Below, in pieces: positions 62,069 to 64,000 of a stretch of DNA of 64,000 nucleotides. The notes beneath the pieces were generated by a model. It did not search any database. It was not told the origin of the DNA and saw only the letters and a list, made by a program, of their open reading frames with translations. The position numbers and the translations under genes are program-made. The stretch covers positions 49,438-113,437 of the forward strand of contig DXLX01000036.1 of NCBI GenBank assembly GCA_019414515.1. Reading direction: 5' to 3'. Each line of letters opens with the position of its first letter. Within the stretch, counting starts at the first letter, position 1. The DNA is from Collinsella sp. GTDB taxonomy: Bacteria; Actinomycetota; Coriobacteriia; Coriobacteriales; Coriobacteriaceae.

Positions 62069-64000
62069 CTACAGCGCACCAGAGCCGGCTTGCATCATGC
62101 CGCCGGGGCCCGAGGTCACGCCGCCTCCCACAGGAGCAGCGTTGCCGGTGTGCGGCGCCGCCGGAGCGGCATCGCCCCCGAGCGCACCCGCCGGACGCGG
62201 CGCCGGGATCTCACCCGTGCCGTGGCTAAAGACAAACTTGCCATCGGCCACGTCGCACAGGACGGTATCGCCCTCGCCCCACTCGCCGGCCAGCAGCTCC
62301 TCGGACAGCGGATCCTCGATGAGCTTTTGGATGGCACGACGCAGAGGACGCGCGCCGTTGGTGAGGTCGGTACCCTCCGCCACAATCTTGTCGTAGGCCG
62401 CATCGGTAAGCTTGATGTTCATGCCGTTTGCGATCAGGCGCTGGCGCAGATCGTCCACCAGCAGGTGCGCAATCTTAGTCAGGTTCTCGCCCGAGAGCTT
62501 CTGGAACACCACAATATCGTCGATACGGTTGAGCAGCTCGGGGCGGAACAGGCGCTTGAGCTCGCCCATCGCACGACCCTTGATCTCGCTCGACGTGAGA
62601 CCCTGCTCACCGGTGGTGCCAAAGCCCACGCTCGCATCCTGCGCGATCTCGCGGGCGCCCACGTTAGACGTCATGATGATCACGGTGTTGCGGAAGTCGA
62701 CCGTCTTGCCCTGGCTATCGGTCAGACGGCCCTCCTCCAGCACCTGCAGCAGGATGTTGAAGATGTCGGGGTGCGCCTTCTCGATCTCGTCGAACAGCAC
62801 GACCGAATACGGGTGACGACGAACGGCCTTGGTAAGCTGACCGCCCTCGTCGTGACCCACGTAACCCGGAGGGCTACCGATGAGCTTGGAGACCTCGAAC
62901 TCGCTGCCGAACTCCGACATGTCGAAGCTGATGAGCGCGTCCTTGCTGCCAAAGAGGTACTCGGCGAGCGTCTTGGCGAGCTCGGTCTTGCCCGTGCCGG
63001 TGGGACCCAGGAAGATAAAGCTGCCGCCGGGACGACGCGGGTCCTTGAGCGGCGAGCGGCTGCGGCGCACGGCCTTGGCGACGGCCTCGACGGCCTCGTC
63101 CTGGCCGATAATGCGGGTCTTGAGCACGCTTTCGGTCTGCAGCAGGCGACGGCTCTCGCTCTCGGTGAGCGAGGAAACCGGCACGCCAGAGGTCACGGAC
63201 ACGATGTCGGCAATCTGACTCACGTCGATGGTGAGCGGGCTGGCGTCGAGCTCGGCGGTCCAGGCGGCCTTGGCTTCGGCGAGTTCAATCTCAGCGGCCT
63301 TCTGCTGCTCGGTGATCTCGGCGGCCTTGTTCATGTCATCGCTCTCGGTGGCCTCCTGCGCGGCGGCCTTGAGCTCCTCTATACGATGCTCGGCCTCGCG
63401 CACCGGCTCGGGCGCGCGATTCGCGGCGATGCGAGCGCGGGCACCGGCCTCGTCGATGAGGTCGATGGCCTTATCGGGCAGGAAGCGATCCTGGATGTAG
63501 CGGTTGGAAAGGTTCGCGGCGGCCTCGATAGCACCCTGCGTATAGCGCACATGGTGGTGCTCCTCGTAGCGCGGCTTGAGCGCGGTCAGGATCTTGACCG
63601 TGTCCTCGACGCTCGGCTCCTCGACATCAATGGTCTGGAAGCGACGCTCGAAGGCCGGGTCCTTGGTGAGGTACTTGCGGAACTCCTCGGCCGTGGTGGC
63701 ACCGATGATCTGGAAAGCACCGCGCGCGAGCACGGGCTTGAGCATGGAGCTCGCGTCGATGGAGCCCTCGGCAGAGCCGGCACCGATGATGGTGTGCATC
63801 TCGTCGATAAACAAGATAACGTCGTCGGCTTCGGTCGCCTCCTGGATCACGTTCTTGAGGCGCTCCTCAAACTCACCGCGATACTTGGCACCCGCGACAA
63901 GACCCGGCAGATCGAGCGTCCAGATATTCTGGTTCATAAGATTCTCGGGCACATTGCCAGCAGCAATCTGCTGCGCCAGGCCCTCGACGATAGCTGTCTT
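62069..64000 (-). CDS. clpC: ATP-dependent Clp protease ATP-binding subunit ClpC-like (5' end beyond window)
   Basis: Reading frame stays open to the window edge. Class I AAA+ protein with two modules (FIDEMHTIIGAG...; FLGPTGTGKTELAK...). Gly/Ala/Pro-rich C-terminal tail. Confidence 0.9.
   Translation of the reverse strand, partial: KTAIVEGLAQQIAAGNVPENLMNQNIWTLDLPGLVAGAKYRGEFEERLKNVIQEATEADDVILFIDEMHTIIGAGSAEGSIDASSMLKPVLARGAFQIIGATTAEEFRKYLTKDPAFERRFQTIDVEEPSVEDTVKILTALKPRYEEHHHVRYTQGAIEAAANLSNRYIQDRFLPDKAIDLIDEAGARARIAANRAPEPVREAEHRIEELKAAAQEATESDDMNKAAEITEQQKAAEIELAEAKAAWTAELDASPLTIDVSQIADIVSVTSGVPVSSLTESESRRLLQTESVLKTRIIGQDEAVEAVAKAVRRSRSPLKDPRRPGGSFIFLGPTGTGKTELAKTLAEYLFGSKDALISFDMSEFGSEFEVSKLIGSPPGYVGHDEGGQLTKAVRRHPYSVVLFDEIEKAHPDIFNILLQVLEEGRLTDSQGKTVDFRNTVIIMTSNVGAREIAQDASVGFGTTGEQGLTSSEIKGRAMGELKRLFRPELLNRIDDIVVFQKLSGENLTKIAHLLVDDLRQRLIANGMNIKLTDAAYDKIVAEGTDLTNGARPLRRAIQKLIEDPLSEELLAGEWGEGDTVLCDVADGKFVFSHGTGEIPAPRPAGALGGDAAPAAPHTGNAAPVGGGVTSGPGGMMQAGSGAL

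Overview
High-G+C chromosome segment of a Gram-positive, actinobacterial-type organism. The protein sequences look most like Coriobacteriia, but this is inference and no search was run. The minus strand carries the core of translation and transcription: fabH-acpP-fabK, rpsL-rpsG-fusA-rpsJ, rpoB-rpoC, rplJ-rplL, rplK-rplA, rpmG-tRNATrp-secE-nusG, tRNA(Tyr,Thr,Met)-tuf, disA-ispD-ispF-cysS-rlmB-yacP, pepD and clpC (cut at the window edge). Accessory inserts break up this normally contiguous supercluster:
- an ECF sigma/anti-sigma module lies between rpoC and rpsL;
- galU lies between rplL and rpoB;
- a ~22 kb block (19.8-41.0 kb) lies between rplJL and rplKA. It holds an aminotransferase, a deoxyinosine glycosylase, a GH13 enzyme, an MFS transporter, feoAB, an esterase, crr, asnS, a WYL regulator, an ABC transporter, a wall-anchored 5'-nucleotidase, mscS, a ParB-like/BMP fusion protein and a metallophosphoesterase;
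- a lower-G+C rpiR / 6-phospho-beta-glucosidase / PTS EIIBC cassette sits between two tRNA loci;
- two HipA-family kinase loci are present, one a solitary HTH-fused kinase and one a hipBA pair.
RNA features are five tRNAs and a yybP-ykoY Mn riboswitch ahead of mntP. I saw no CRISPR array, transposase, integrase or phage genes.
The most noteworthy observations are:
1. TGA is almost unused as a stop codon (2 of 53 CDS), and one of the two is an in-frame TGA splitting an anti-sigma factor.
2. Several families of intergenic palindromic elements occur, including a nested palindrome with a covarying core upstream of two r-protein operon promoters, and a GGGACAGG hairpin element that brackets gene cassettes.
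3. RpoC carries a C-terminal extension that looks like an alpha-CTD-type helix-hairpin-helix module.
4. A cytoplasmic ParB/Srx-like plus BMP ligand-binding fusion is translationally coupled to a metallophosphoesterase.
5. An HTH-HipA fusion kinase is preceded by a perfect 22-bp-arm palindrome.
All coordinates were derived by hand from the sequence and the ORF track.
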